This document shows, in pieces, positions 1 to 11,171 of a stretch of 64,000 nucleotides of DNA. This DNA is from Mobula hypostoma (taxonomy: Eukaryota): assembly GCF_963921235.1 (NCBI RefSeq), contig NC_086118.1, positions 17,920,001 through 17,984,000 of the forward strand, read 5' to 3'. A program made the position numbers and the translations under genes. Position 1 is the first letter of the stretch, and each line of letters begins with the position of its first letter. The notes beneath the pieces were generated by a model, which did not search any database, had not been told where the DNA came from, and worked only from the letters and a program-made list of their open reading frames with translations.

Positions 1-174
1 TGATATAACAAGGCTCTGAATATTATTATACAGGTGAATTTAAAAGATCTTGAGGCAACATTTGAAGAACATAATGGGAATTCTAACTTCACAATAAACT
101 TTAGATATCAAACACTAATACTATAGTTTATTTTTGGATCATTGAATATCATTGCTAGTTAGGTGTGTTTTGCC

Positions 175-530
175 AAGTTAGATATGGCAAAGTTATTTCC
201 CATGGGAGGGGATTCTAGGACAAGAGGGCACGACTTCAGGATTGAAGGATGTCCTTTTAGAACTGAGATGCAGAGAAATTACTTTAGTCAGAGGGTGATA
301 AATCTGTGGAATTTTTTGCCACGAGCAGTTGTGGAGGCCAGGTCATTGGGTGTATTTAAGGCAGAGATAGATAGGTTCTTGATTAGCCAGGGCATCAAAG
401 GGTATGGGGTGAAAGCAGGGGAGTGGGGATGACAGGAAGAATTGGATCAGCCCATGATTAAGTGGCGGAGCAGACTCAATGGGCCGAATGGCCTACTTCT
501 GCTCCTATATCTTATGGTCTTATGGTCTAT
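175..530 (+). mobile_element. CR1 LINE 3' fragment
   Basis: ORF2 C-terminus (RTRGH..RI...FSQRVINLWN.LP), 3' UTR stem-loop and (TTATGGTC)n tail at about 511-527. Confidence 0.85.
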
Positions 531-566
531 ATTTTGACTCTCACCTTCCCAGTAAATAAAATTAAT

Positions 567-881
567 TGCTTATAAGAGTATACTTCCAGAAGTTGTGAGT
601 AGACAGATCACAGAAGTATTATATATAAACACAAGAGATTCTGCAGATGCTGGAAATCTTGAGCAACGTGTACAAAATGCTGGAGGAACTCAGCAAGTTA
701 GGCAGCATCTATGAAAGGGAGTAAGCGGTTGTCGTTTTGGACTGAGGCCATTCATCAGGACTCGAAAGGAAGGGGGCAAAAGCCAGAAAAAGAAAGTAGA
801 GGGAGGGAAAGGAGTACAAGCTGAGGGTGATAAGTGACCCCAAGTAAGTGGGATGCTGGGAGATGGGTGCATGGGGGTGGG

Positions 882-885
<4 letters not shown>
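567..885 (-). mobile_element. Penelope-like element pseudo-LTR fragment with decayed hammerhead
   Basis: Terminus aaacacaagagattctgcagatgctgg is shared with the other PLE copies. Minus strand reads CTGATGA...AAAAC GAC at about 727-762, with core mutations. Confidence 0.75.
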
Positions 886-920
<35 letters not shown>

Positions 921-967
921 ATGTATGTGTATACTTATATGTATCTATATATACACACACACACACA
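886..967. repeat. (TG)n...(TA)-rich...(CA)n microsatellite
   Basis: Directly visible dinucleotide runs. Confidence 0.95.
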
Positions 968-1046
968 GATTCTTCAGATTTTTCTTTAAGCTAGGTCAGT
1001 AATGTAAATTGCAATTACGGCAATAGACTGCTTTCTTCCTTTCCAG

Positions 1047-1170
1047 GTTGACCTTGCTAACCTGTGCTTAAAGGCTGGAGTCAAGAATATTGGCACCGTT
1101 TTCTTAATGACGGATGCTCAAGTTGCTGATGAAAAGTTTCTGGTACTTGTGAATGACCTGCTGGCATCAG
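1047..1170 (+). CDS. DNAH9: Axonemal dynein heavy chain internal exon (AAA4 region), VDLANLCLKAGVKNIGTVFLMTDAQVADEKFLVLVNDLLASG
   Basis: Polypyrimidine tract and ttccag acceptor before 1047, gtaagt donor at 1171. 124 nt = 41 codons + 1 nt, in phase with the next exon. Peptide recognised as outer-arm beta-type dynein heavy chain. Confidence 0.93.
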
Positions 1171-2479
1171 GTAAGTCAGCTTGTGTATTCTATAATAGAC
1201 AAAAATATAAAATGTTCACCTGAATTATTTATATCTGATACTTAATAATAAATTGTTCAGTGTTAAAGCCTGACACAGAGCTAGTTCAAGTGAAGCCATT
1301 AGGTAGTTTTAAAATTTATTTGTGAAAAGGCATCATTGAACTCAATAGAGAAGGTTGTTATGATTGAAGTGTTGCAAAGCTGAAAAATATTGGAGGATAT
1401 CTAAAGATAAACCTTGAAGGGGTAGATTGAGTTGTGGTAATGAACCACAAGTGCCTCAGTCTCCAATCCTGCTTCCATTTCTACTTTCCTTTGGTCTAAT
1501 CACCCTGTTACTTTATTGCATTTTGAGATACAATGATTTTCTTAATGTCTACTTTTATATTGCAAGAAAAAGATCCATCACAATGTCAGTTGTGAAATTT
1601 TGGGAAGACAGTGATGTGAAGTAGATTTGTCAGTAGGTATGTTGTGGAGGAGATAAGACCTGGTGAAAGCATTCTATGCTCTTCTGGCTTACAAAGAACT
1701 GCCATTTAAGCACTTAACCTTTGTGAATTCTGGTATTCTTTTCCTACTTTCAGCTGTCCAGTTTGTTGATGCTTGGGGAACCCAACTCACTGTGAATGTA
1801 AATACTATTACCACTGAAATGAAGAGGAGTCTTACATATAGCTGTTTTTTTTTAGTTCCACTTCTTTTAAAACTGGAAGCAGGCACGTTTATTTTTTGTG
1901 CTACATTTTATTCTTTATGCTGATGTGACTCCAATGCACTTGCTAGATATTGAGCTTCAGTTTTGTGTAATATATCAAATAATCCCCTGTATTATTGGTT
2001 GAACAACATCACCATAGCATCTGAGAATGCCATTGAGATTCTGCATCTTTCCATTGATTGCTGATATCAGGTTGTTGTTTCTACTGTCAACTTGGGAAGT
2101 GATACTTGATATACAATTTAAGAGTATCTGAATTAAACCATGTCAATAACTTCTATAGTATTATTCTCCAAGGTAGCAGACAAATCTAGTTACTCACATC
2201 TTTAGCAAATAGATTTGAATCCTGCCCTCCCATGCATATTTTTGCTGTGATCTCATGGATAATCCTCCATTTCATGGTTTTATAATTAGCTACTATGAGT
2301 TGTCGGTAGGTAAGAGGTAGAGTCATTTTAAGAGGGTGCCAATAAGTGGCGACTCTTTGCATGCAGCTTGGGTGGGAATCATCAGATATTCCTGTTTAGA
2401 ACCACTGCTCCTGAAATCCACAGTCACAGCCATAGGTCCTTCAGAAAGTAGCATCATTAAAAGATGCTTAAAACATCTA

Positions 2480-3895
2480 TTGATGTTCAAAATCGACTGA
2501 TCCCAGACTGCAGATGCAGGTCAGGAGTGTAGTTCCCCGTTAATGGAAGCGGGGATGCTGCGCTCGTTTACAGGTATGACTGAAATGCCAAGGCTTCGGA
2601 ACCCCCACTCCCGACTATCCTGCTGGTGAATATATACTCTCTGGAAAATAAAACTGAAGATGTCAGAGCAAGATTGCAGTACCAAAGGGAGGTGAGTGAT
2701 TGCTGTGTTCTTTGCATCATGGGAATGTGGCACATCTCCACCATTTTGGACGCAGCACTGCAACCTGATGCAAAGATAACACCATTCTCTGCAAAGATAG
2801 GACAGCTCAGTCTCTTAAAGGTAGAGAAGGTGGAATATGCTTTATGATTAACTCATTGTGGTGGTCAGACATGGCAGTTCAGTCTCAATCATGCTCAATT
2901 AACCTGGAACACCTAGCGGTCAAATGTTGTCCCTTTAATTTGCCTAAGGAGTTTACAGCATCGTGATGGTATAGTCCACCTCAGACAAATGTCAGGTAGG
3001 CACTGGAGGAGCTTATCGCTGTAATCAGCAAGCATGAAACAGCATACTCTGACAACTTCCCTATCATTGCAGGGGATTTTAACCAAGCCATCTTGAAAAC
3101 GTTTCTAAACAGCAGCCACCGACATATCACCCTTGTAACCAGAGGAGCCAATGCACTTAATCACTGTTATACCACCATCAAGAATGCCTACCGTTTCATT
3201 CCATGCCCACGTTTTGGAAAGTTGATCTTCGACTGCAGCAGTCAGAGACTTTCAATCTCTAACTGCTGCAGTCGGAGGTTCCTACCTGCTTCAAAAGGGC
3301 GACAATCATGCAATTACAAAGAAGGTGCGACAACAGGAATATTTCATTAGGAGTTTGAGGAGGCTTGGTATGTCACCAAAGGCTCTCACAAATTTCTACA
3401 GATGTACCATTTAGAACATTCTAAATGGTTGCATTGCTGCCCAGTATGGAGGGGCCATTGTAGAAGTTGTAAACTCAGCCTGCTTCAACAAGGGCGTTGA
3501 TTCCCCCTCCCCACCCCCCAGCATCTAGGATACCTTCAGAAAGGTGGCATCCATCATTAAGGACTCCTATCACCCAAGACAAGTCCTCTTCTGATTGCTA
3601 CCATCAAGGAGGAGTTCCAGGAGCCTGAAATCACACACTAACATTTCAGGAACAGCGTCTTCCCCTCTGCCGTCAGATTTCTGACTGGACAATGAATCCC
3701 TGAACATTACCTCACTATTTTTCTTCTCTTTTAGCTCTACTTATTTAATTAACTAACACACACACACACACACACACAGTACTTATTGTAAATTATAGTT
3801 TGTTTTTTTTCCTGTTATTATGTATTCCAATGTACTGCTGCCACAAAACGACGACTTTCATAACATATGGCAGTGATATTGAAGCTGATTCTGAG
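2480..3895 (+). mobile_element. Rex1/Babar-like LINE remnants (endonuclease portion plus 3' end)
   Basis: Decayed AGDFNQA and HCYTTIKNAYR..P.P.FGK motifs. 3' end with HP....LLPSGRR-type sequence and a gattctga tail at about 3887-3894. Confidence 0.7.
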
Positions 3896-4764
3896 TTTGG
3901 GGAAGTTGATGGGAAAGTGAGGAGAACAAATTGGATTCGTGTAGGATTACTGTAAAATGGATGCTTGGGGGTCAGTATAAATGCAGAGGGCTGAAAGGCC
4001 ACTTTCTGGCTTGCATAGCTCTATCTTTATGACTAAGCCAACAACCTTTTCTCAAAGAGCAAAATATTCTCTCAATTAAATTACCAGAATGTCTTAAAGA
4101 ATAGTAATTTCAAATGAGGATCCATATCAAGAACGATTTTAGAACACCACATCAAACAAATGCTAAGAATACATTCAAATTGACTTCTTTAGCTTAGCAA
4201 CATTAGAAATACGTGCACATTCAAAGAGATACATTGAATTTGCTATCTACCTGAGTAAATAGCCACACTTTAGCTAAAGATGGTTTCCAAACACCTCAAC
4301 ACTTTTTCCTGAAAATATATTGGAGACTGAATTTCATTAGCCGCCCATGGAATCCTGATACTGCAAAGAAAGGCAATTTTCAAATTTCAGTTGGATACAG
4401 TGAAAATAGTTTACCTTTCCTGCTGCTTTTTATTAAAAAATGATTTGTTTCACAAATGCTTGATGGTCCATCAAGCCTGTTCTACACACAAAATCATCGC
4501 AGCATCATGAATAAACGATCTTAGTGCTTGACATCGACTGAGCCAACTCACTGGCCAAGTCAAAGAAAAAATATGAATCCCAAAAAGGTTAAAAAAAAAG
4601 AGATAAAATTCTTTCTGGCACCCTCATTCAAAACTGAGATACTATATTGACCATGAGTGTATGATGTTTTAATCCATATGTTGCCACAGGAATACATACA
4701 GCAAACAAAGAATAAATCTAGCAATCTGGGTCGCCATGTTTACAGTAAAAAGGCAGATAAGACC

Positions 4765-5545
4765 ACTGTTTTAAATTGGATCTGTTTCAAAGCATGTAGC
4801 TTAACAGGTAAGGATGATGTACTTAATTGCCTCTGGGGGGCTTGTACATTGTGGCCATAATAGAACTGTGTCTGGGGAAGGGCAGAAATGGCAGCTAAAT
4901 GTTTTGGGATAAAATACTTAAAATGTGACAGTGGACCACAAAGGTTGGGAGGGAATGTTAACCTTTTGAAAAGGGAGAACATTACAGCAATGCTTAGAGA
5001 GGATATTCTTGAGGGATCACCCAGTGAAGTCACTGGATAGAGTTTAGAGAAAAGGAGGGAAAGTTCACATTAATAGATGCTATATCATAAACCCCACAAT
5101 AGTCAGTGAGAGCTTGAGGAGCAGATGTGTTGAGGAATTGCATGCACTTGTGAAAACAGTAGGAGTGCTATTTGGAGGTTTTAATTTTCCTTGTATCGAC
5201 TGGGCTACCCAGAATCTCAAACACCTGGATGGGGTGCAATTTGCCAAGAGATTTTCCTCACACAATATATAAAGGAACCTACTTGGGAAGAAGCAATACT
5301 GTATTCCCTTTTTGAGAACGAGGCACACCAAGTAATTGAAGTGGCAGAATCAAAAGCAGGTTTGGCATCACTGGCATATATTGTGAAATTTGTTAAGAGC
5401 AGTTCAGAGCTCTTTGGATCCAGTAACCACAATTCTATCATTTTCAAATAGTTATGGCAAAAGTTAGAACAGGTCCACATGTTAAAGTCCTGAACCTGAG
5501 CAGGGCCCAACATTGAGGGCATTAGGCAGGATCTAACCAGCATGG
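4765..5545 (+). mobile_element. Old CR1 LINE, endonuclease region
   Basis: Decayed Y.PPNS, GGFNFP.IDW, LTQYIKEPT.EEAIL and GSSNHNSI motifs. Resumes after 6672. Confidence 0.7.
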
Positions 5546-6591
5546 ATAGAAGATTGGTTGACTGGCACAAGCAAAGCGTGGAAATAAAGGGAGCCTTTAT
5601 TGGTTGGCTGCCGATGACGATTGGTGTTCAGCAGGGTTCGGTATTGGGACAGTTTCTTTTCAGGTTATATTGCAATGATTTGGATGACAGAATTGATGGC
5701 TTTGTGGCCAAGTGTGCGGACAATACGAAGATAGTTGGAGGGGCAGTTAATGTTGGGGAAGCAGGAAGTCTACAGAAGGAATTAGATGAATTAGGAGAAT
5801 TGGCAAAGAGGCAGATGGAATATAGTGTAGGGAAGTGTATGGTCGTGCATTTTGTGTGAAGGAATAAAAGTGTAAGCTATTTTTAAAAAGGGGAACAAAT
5901 TCAGAAAGCAGAGGTACAAACAGAATGAATGAGTGGTAAGATAGCAAATGCAATGTTAGTATTCATTTTGAGAGGATTAGAATATAAATGCAATGATATA
6001 ATGTTGAGGCTTTTAAGATATTGGTCAAATTGCACTTAGATTATTGTGACCAATTTTGGGCCTGTTACCTAAAAACAGATGTGCTGGCAATGGAGTGGGC
6101 CTGAAGGAGGTTCAGAAGAATGATTCTGGGAATGAAAGGGTTAACGTATGAGGAGTATTTGATGGCTCAGGACATGTACTCACTGGAGTTTAGAAAATTG
6201 TGATGAGATCTCATTGAAACCTATTAAATATTGAAAGACCAAGAAAGAGTTGATGTGGAGAGAACACTTCTATAGTAGCTGAGTCTAGGACGAGAGGGCA
6301 CAGCCTCAGGGTAGAAGGATGTCCCTTTAGGATAGAGATAAGGAGGAATTTTTTAGCCAGAAGGTGGTGAATCTGTGGAACTTATTGCCACAGACAGCTA
6401 TGGAGGACATGTAACTGGGTATATTTAAAGAGGAGGTTGATAGATTTTAAATAAGTAAGGTCATCAAAGGCTCTGGGGAGCGAAGGCAGGAGAATGGGGT
6501 TGAGAGGGATAGCAAATCAGTCATGATGGAACAGTGGAGAACACTCAACGGGCCAAGAAGCCTAATTCTGCTCCTGTGTCTTATGGTCTTG
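5540..6591 (+). mobile_element. CR1 LINE RT/3' fragment
   Basis: GVQQGSVLG, KCADNTK (FADDTK-like), 3' UTR and ttatggtc tail. Confidence 0.85.
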
Positions 6592-6672
6592 TCCAACTGC
6601 AAGACCATAAGACACAGGAGCAGAATTAGGCTTCTTGGCCCGTTGAGTGTTCTCCACTGTTCCATCATGACT
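6519..6672. repeat. Perfect 73-bp inverted repeat with 8-nt loop
   Basis: 6519-6591 is the exact reverse complement of 6600-6672; loop is tccaactg. Confidence 0.95.
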
Positions 6673-6775
6673 TGTTTGGGTGGCTGCATTTGGGGGCAAA
6701 GGTCCTTTGGCAAGTGAGGAGCATTTAGAGGGGTTATATCAAGAGTCCAGAAGCAGCATTTGTAGGGTAAACATA

Positions 6776-7812
6776 CGCTCAGTGACCACTTTATTAGGTT
6801 CACTGTACAGCTGCTCATTAATACAAATATCTAATAAGCCAAGAACTCAATGCATAGAAGCATGCTGACATGGTCAAATAGTTCAATTGTAGTTCAGACC
6901 AAACATCAGAATGTAGAAGAATTGAATTGACTTTATTTCTCACATCCTCACATACATGTGTAAAAATCTTTACAGTATGTCTCCAGCTAAATGTGAAATG
7001 TGCAATCATAGTAATTTATAATAAATAGAACAGTCAATGTAACATAGAGTACACTCAAATCAACGTGAGTTAATCAGTCTGATGGCCTGGTGGAAGAAGC
7101 TGTCCCGGAGCCTGGTTGGTCCTGGCTTTTATGCTGCGGTACCGTTTCCTGGATGGTAGCAGCTGAAATAGATTGTGATTGGGGTGACTCAGGTCCCCAA
7201 TGATCCTATGGGCCCCTTTTACACACCTTTCCTTGTAAATGTCCTGAAACATGGGAATTTCACAACTACAGATGCGCTAGGCTGTCCGAACCACTCTCTA
7301 CAGTTCCCATACCAGGCAGTGATGCAGCCAGTCAGGATGCTCCCAATTGTGCCCCTGTAGGAAGTTCTTCAGATTTGGGGACCCATACCAAACTTCCTTA
7401 ACTGTCTGAGGTGAAATAGGATCTAAGTTACTTTGACGGCAGAATGATTGTTGGTGCCAGATGGGGTGGTTTGAGTATCTTAGAAACTGCTGATCTCCTG
7501 AGATTTTCATGCACAACAGTCTCAAGAGTTTACAGACAACGGTGCGGAAAGCAAAAAGCTTCCAGTGGCAGTTTAGTGAAGGAGAATGTCTTATTAATGA
7601 TAGAGGTCAGAAGAGAATGGTCGGACTGGTTCAAGCAGACTTGAAGGCAACACTAGCTCAAATAAACATGTACTACAGCAGTGCTGTGCACCTCTGAGTG
7701 CACAACAAGTCAAACTTTGAAGTTTATGTGCTACAGCAGCCGAAGACGATAAACATGCACTTAGTGTTACTTTAGAAGGTACAGGAAGTGCCTAATAAAG
7801 TACCACTGAGTG
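6776..7812 (+). mobile_element. Non-autonomous Tc1-like element
   Basis: TIRs cgctcagtgaccactttattagg / cctaataaagtaccactgagtg, TA on the left. Transposase HTH remnant MIVGARWGGLSILETADLLRFSCTTVSRVY at 7444. Confidence 0.85.
6921..7420 (-). mobile_element. Rex1/Babar-like LINE 3' fragment nested in Tc1
   Basis: HPNHNLFQLLPSRKRYRSIKART on the minus strand, (CAATT)n tail at about 6921-6930. Interrupts the Tc1 sequence. Confidence 0.8.
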
Positions 7813-8399
7813 TGTAAAGTTCAGGGAACTCTGACTGATGAGAAATATTGCCGCTCTGATGAGGAGAAAAGGAACTATACATCATGTTTAGACAGCTGGA
7901 TACAAATGATTCCCTTGACATATATCAGAATTTTAAGACCAGGCTTAAGAGCGAAATTAGGAGGGCAGAGTGAAGTGTAGGAGATGGATTTGGCAGGCAG
8001 GTTTAAAGATAATTACAAGGGATTCCAATGTTTCAGATGTGATAGAGGCAGAGGAATGAAGGGTGGGGGGGTGGGTGGCATTGCTAGTCAGGGAAAATGT
8101 TACAGCAGTGCTCAGGCAGGACAGGTTAGAGGGCTTGTCTACTGAGTCCTTATGGGTGGAGCTGAGAAACAGGAAAGGTATGGCCACATTAGTGGGATTG
8201 TATTATAGACCACCCAATAGTCTGCGAGAATTGGAGGAGCAAATCTGCAGAGAGATAGCAGGCAACTGCAGGAAACATAAAGTTGTGGTGGTAGGGGATT
8301 TTAATTTTCCACATATTGATTGGGACTCCCATACTGTTAGGGATCGAGATGGGTTAGATTTTGGAAAATGTGTTCAGGAAAGTTTTCTAAGTCAATATA

Positions 8400-10008
8400 C
8401 AAGTTTCCCCCGCCATCTGAAGGCAGAGCGTTCCTATGAAATGGTTCGTAAGCCGGAATGTCGTAAAGTGAAGAAGCAATTACCATTTATTTATATGGGA
8501 AAAATTTGTGAGCGTTCGCAGACCCAAAAATAACCTACCACATCATGCCAAATAACACATAAAACCTAAAAAAACACTAACATATAGTACAAGCAGGAAT
8601 GCTATGACAAATACACAGCCTATATAAAATAGAAATGCTTCTCTACAATCATTGCCGCACTGTTCTCTGTAGCGAAAATCTCACGCACGCGCTCTTGGCA
8701 GAAACACTGTCTCCAGTAACCTTTAAGCTATGAAGCTGCCAAATCATACCAAACAACGCATAAAAATACACAGCCTATATAAAGTAGAAATGATGTATGT
8801 ACAGTGTAGTATCACTTACGGGAATCGGGAAGACAGCGGCAAGCACACTGATGATGGTTTGTAGGCTGAGTCGTTGGAGGTTGGGGTGGTGCAGTGGCCT
8901 CCACCATCCGGGCCGCAGACCGATACATTGCCGCAGAGAATGCAGTGGTAGCCGGGACGCACCCAGCACATCTTTAAGCAAAAAGCCAAAATAAACAAGC
9001 TAATTAATTAGGTGCCGCCCAGCATGTAAATGTCGGCCCAGATCAGAGGTGATGCATTCAGCAATAGCCTCTGATCTGAGCAGACATGTACGTGCCGGGC
9101 GGCACCTAATTAATTAGCTTGTTTATTTTGGCTTTTTTCTTAAAGATGTGTTGGGTGTGTCCCGGCTACCGCTGCATTCTCTGCGGCAATGTATCGATCT
9201 GCGGCCCGGGGGTTGGGGTGGTGGGACATGGGGGTGTCATCTCATCGTCGTCTCTTTCCATTAGGGCAGGCAGGTCATCTTCTTATATGTCTGCCTAGCT
9301 CGATGTCGAAGGTCGAGGTTCGTCGTCTGCTGTGGCTGATGTGGAAGGCTTGCTTGACTGCTTAGCCTCGCGCATTTTTCTATCATACAGTTCTTTGTAA
9401 GCACTCAAACCATCTTGCAAATATGCCCTAAACCGACGTACTCTTTCAAAATTAAAGTTGTACTTTTCTGCAATCATTGCAGTGAAAATCTCATGCAGTT
9501 GCTTCACGTTCAGTTCCTGGATGACTTCACTTTTGCTATGGCATTCGGTTTCGATTGTTATCCTTTCCTCTTCCAATTGCATCAGCTCTTCATGTATCAG
9601 TTCTTGGTCATGGGATGCCAAATCCTCTTCAACATCATCTTCATCAACTTCCACAAGCCAAACTCCCTTTGTCCTTGCTTCGAAATGCTTAATTATGTCT
9701 AGCTTCACGCTAAGTGTAACACCCTTACGAGCTCTTTTAGACTTTTCTGATACCTTAGAAACCATCTTGCTAACGGCTGCTCACAGGCACGTGTTTAAGC
9801 AATGCCGGCTGGAATGCAGTTCCGAATCCGGGGGAGAGCAGCTGCTCGGGGCGCGCGCTGATTTTTATCGTGCACTGCTTTTTTTTGCTCGCTGCCTTTT
9901 TTCGTAACGGTGAAAACACCTTCTGTTAGCGAAAACAGGTTACTAATGTAGGTCTTTCGTAACAGTGAGGTTTTGTAAAGCGAATGTTCGAAAAGCGGGG
10001 GACACCTG
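8400..10008 (-). mobile_element. Internally deleted Tigger/pogo DNA transposon
   Basis: TA TSD (8398-8399 / 10009-10010) and TIRs caagtttcccccgc / gcgggggacacctg. ORF 9295-9765 has a psq/CENP-B-type N-terminus (KRARKGVTLSVKLDIIKHFE) and the Tigger acidic C-terminus (EVDEDDVEEDLASH..EL..EEL..L). Confidence 0.9.
8908..9209. repeat. About 142-bp imperfect inverted repeat inside Tigger
   Basis: 8908-9049 is complementary to 9068-9209, with an 18-nt spacer. Confidence 0.92.
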
Positions 10009-10953
10009 TATAGAGGTACCAACTAGAGAGGAGGCAATATTAGATCTCCCATCGGGAAACGAGTTAGGACAGGTGACAGAAGTGTGTGTAGGGAAACACT
10101 TTGGTTCCAGTGATTATAACACCATTAGTTTCAACTTGATCATGGATAAAGATAGATCTGGTTCTTAGGTTGAAGTTCTAAACTGGAAAAAGGCCAAATT
10201 TGAAGAAATGAGAAAGGAACTAAAAAGCGTGGATTGGGACAGGTTGTTCTGTGGCAAGGATGTGATTGGTAAGTGGGAGGCCTTCAAAGGAGAAATTTTG
10301 GGAGTGCTGAGTTTGTATGTTCCTGTCAGGATTAAAGGCAAAGTGAATAAGAATAAGGAACCTTGGTTCTCAAGGGATATCAGAACTGTGATAAAGAAGA
10401 AGAGAGAGATGTATGACATGTATAGGAAACAGAGAGTGAATAAGGTGCTTGAGGAGTATAAAAAGTGTAAAAAAATACTTAAGAAAGAAATCAGGAGGGC
10501 TAAAAGAAGACATGAGGTTGCTTTAGCAGTCCAGGTGAAGGATAATCCAAAGAGCTTCTACAGGTATATTAAGAGCAAAAGGATAGTAAGGGATAAAATT
10601 GGTCCTCTTGAAGATCAGAGTGGTCAGCTATGTATGGAACCAAAATAAATGGGGGAGATCTTAAATGGGTTTTTTGCGTCTGTATTTACTAAGGAAACTG
10701 GCACGAAGTCTATGGAAATAAGGCAAACAAGCAGTGAGGTCATGGAACCTATACAGATTAAAGAGGAGGGGGTGCTTGCTATCTTGAGGCAAATCAGAGT
10801 GGATAAATCCCCAGGACCTGACAGTGTATTCCCTCGGACCTTGAAGGAGACTAGTGTTGAAATTGTAGGGGCCCTGGCAGATATATTTAAAATGTCAGTG
10901 TCAACGGGTCAGGTGCTGGAAGATTGGAGAATGGCTCATGTTGTTCCGTTGTT

Positions 10954-11171
10954 ATCTGTGGAATTATCTGCCACAGGAAACAGTTGAGGCCAGTTCATTG
11001 GCTATATTTAAGAGGGAGTTAGATATGGCCCTTGTGGCTAAAGGGATCGGGTATGGAGGGAAGGCTGGTACAGGGTTCTGAATTGGATGATCAGCCATGA
11101 TCATACTGAATGGTGGTGCAGGCTCGAAGGGCCGAACGGCCTACTCCTGCACCTACTTCCTATGTTTCTAT
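10954..11171 (+). mobile_element. CR1 3' fragment nested in CR1 ORF2
   Basis: LWN.LP region, 3' UTR and (CTATGTTT)n tail. Splits the host VVPLF|KKG at tgtt. Confidence 0.85.

Noticed and set aside
727..762. Active hammerhead ribozyme
   Set aside because: G12 and U16.1 equivalents are mutated (AAAAC GAC). It is kept only as a decayed copy, as are those near 16341, 51582 and 54485.
4415..4481. Candidate minus-strand mini-exon (tgtag...gtaaac) with a small gcttgatgg/ccatcaagc hairpin
   Set aside because: The peptide is unrecognisable and no partner exons were found. The hairpin resembles old LINE 3' stem-loops.
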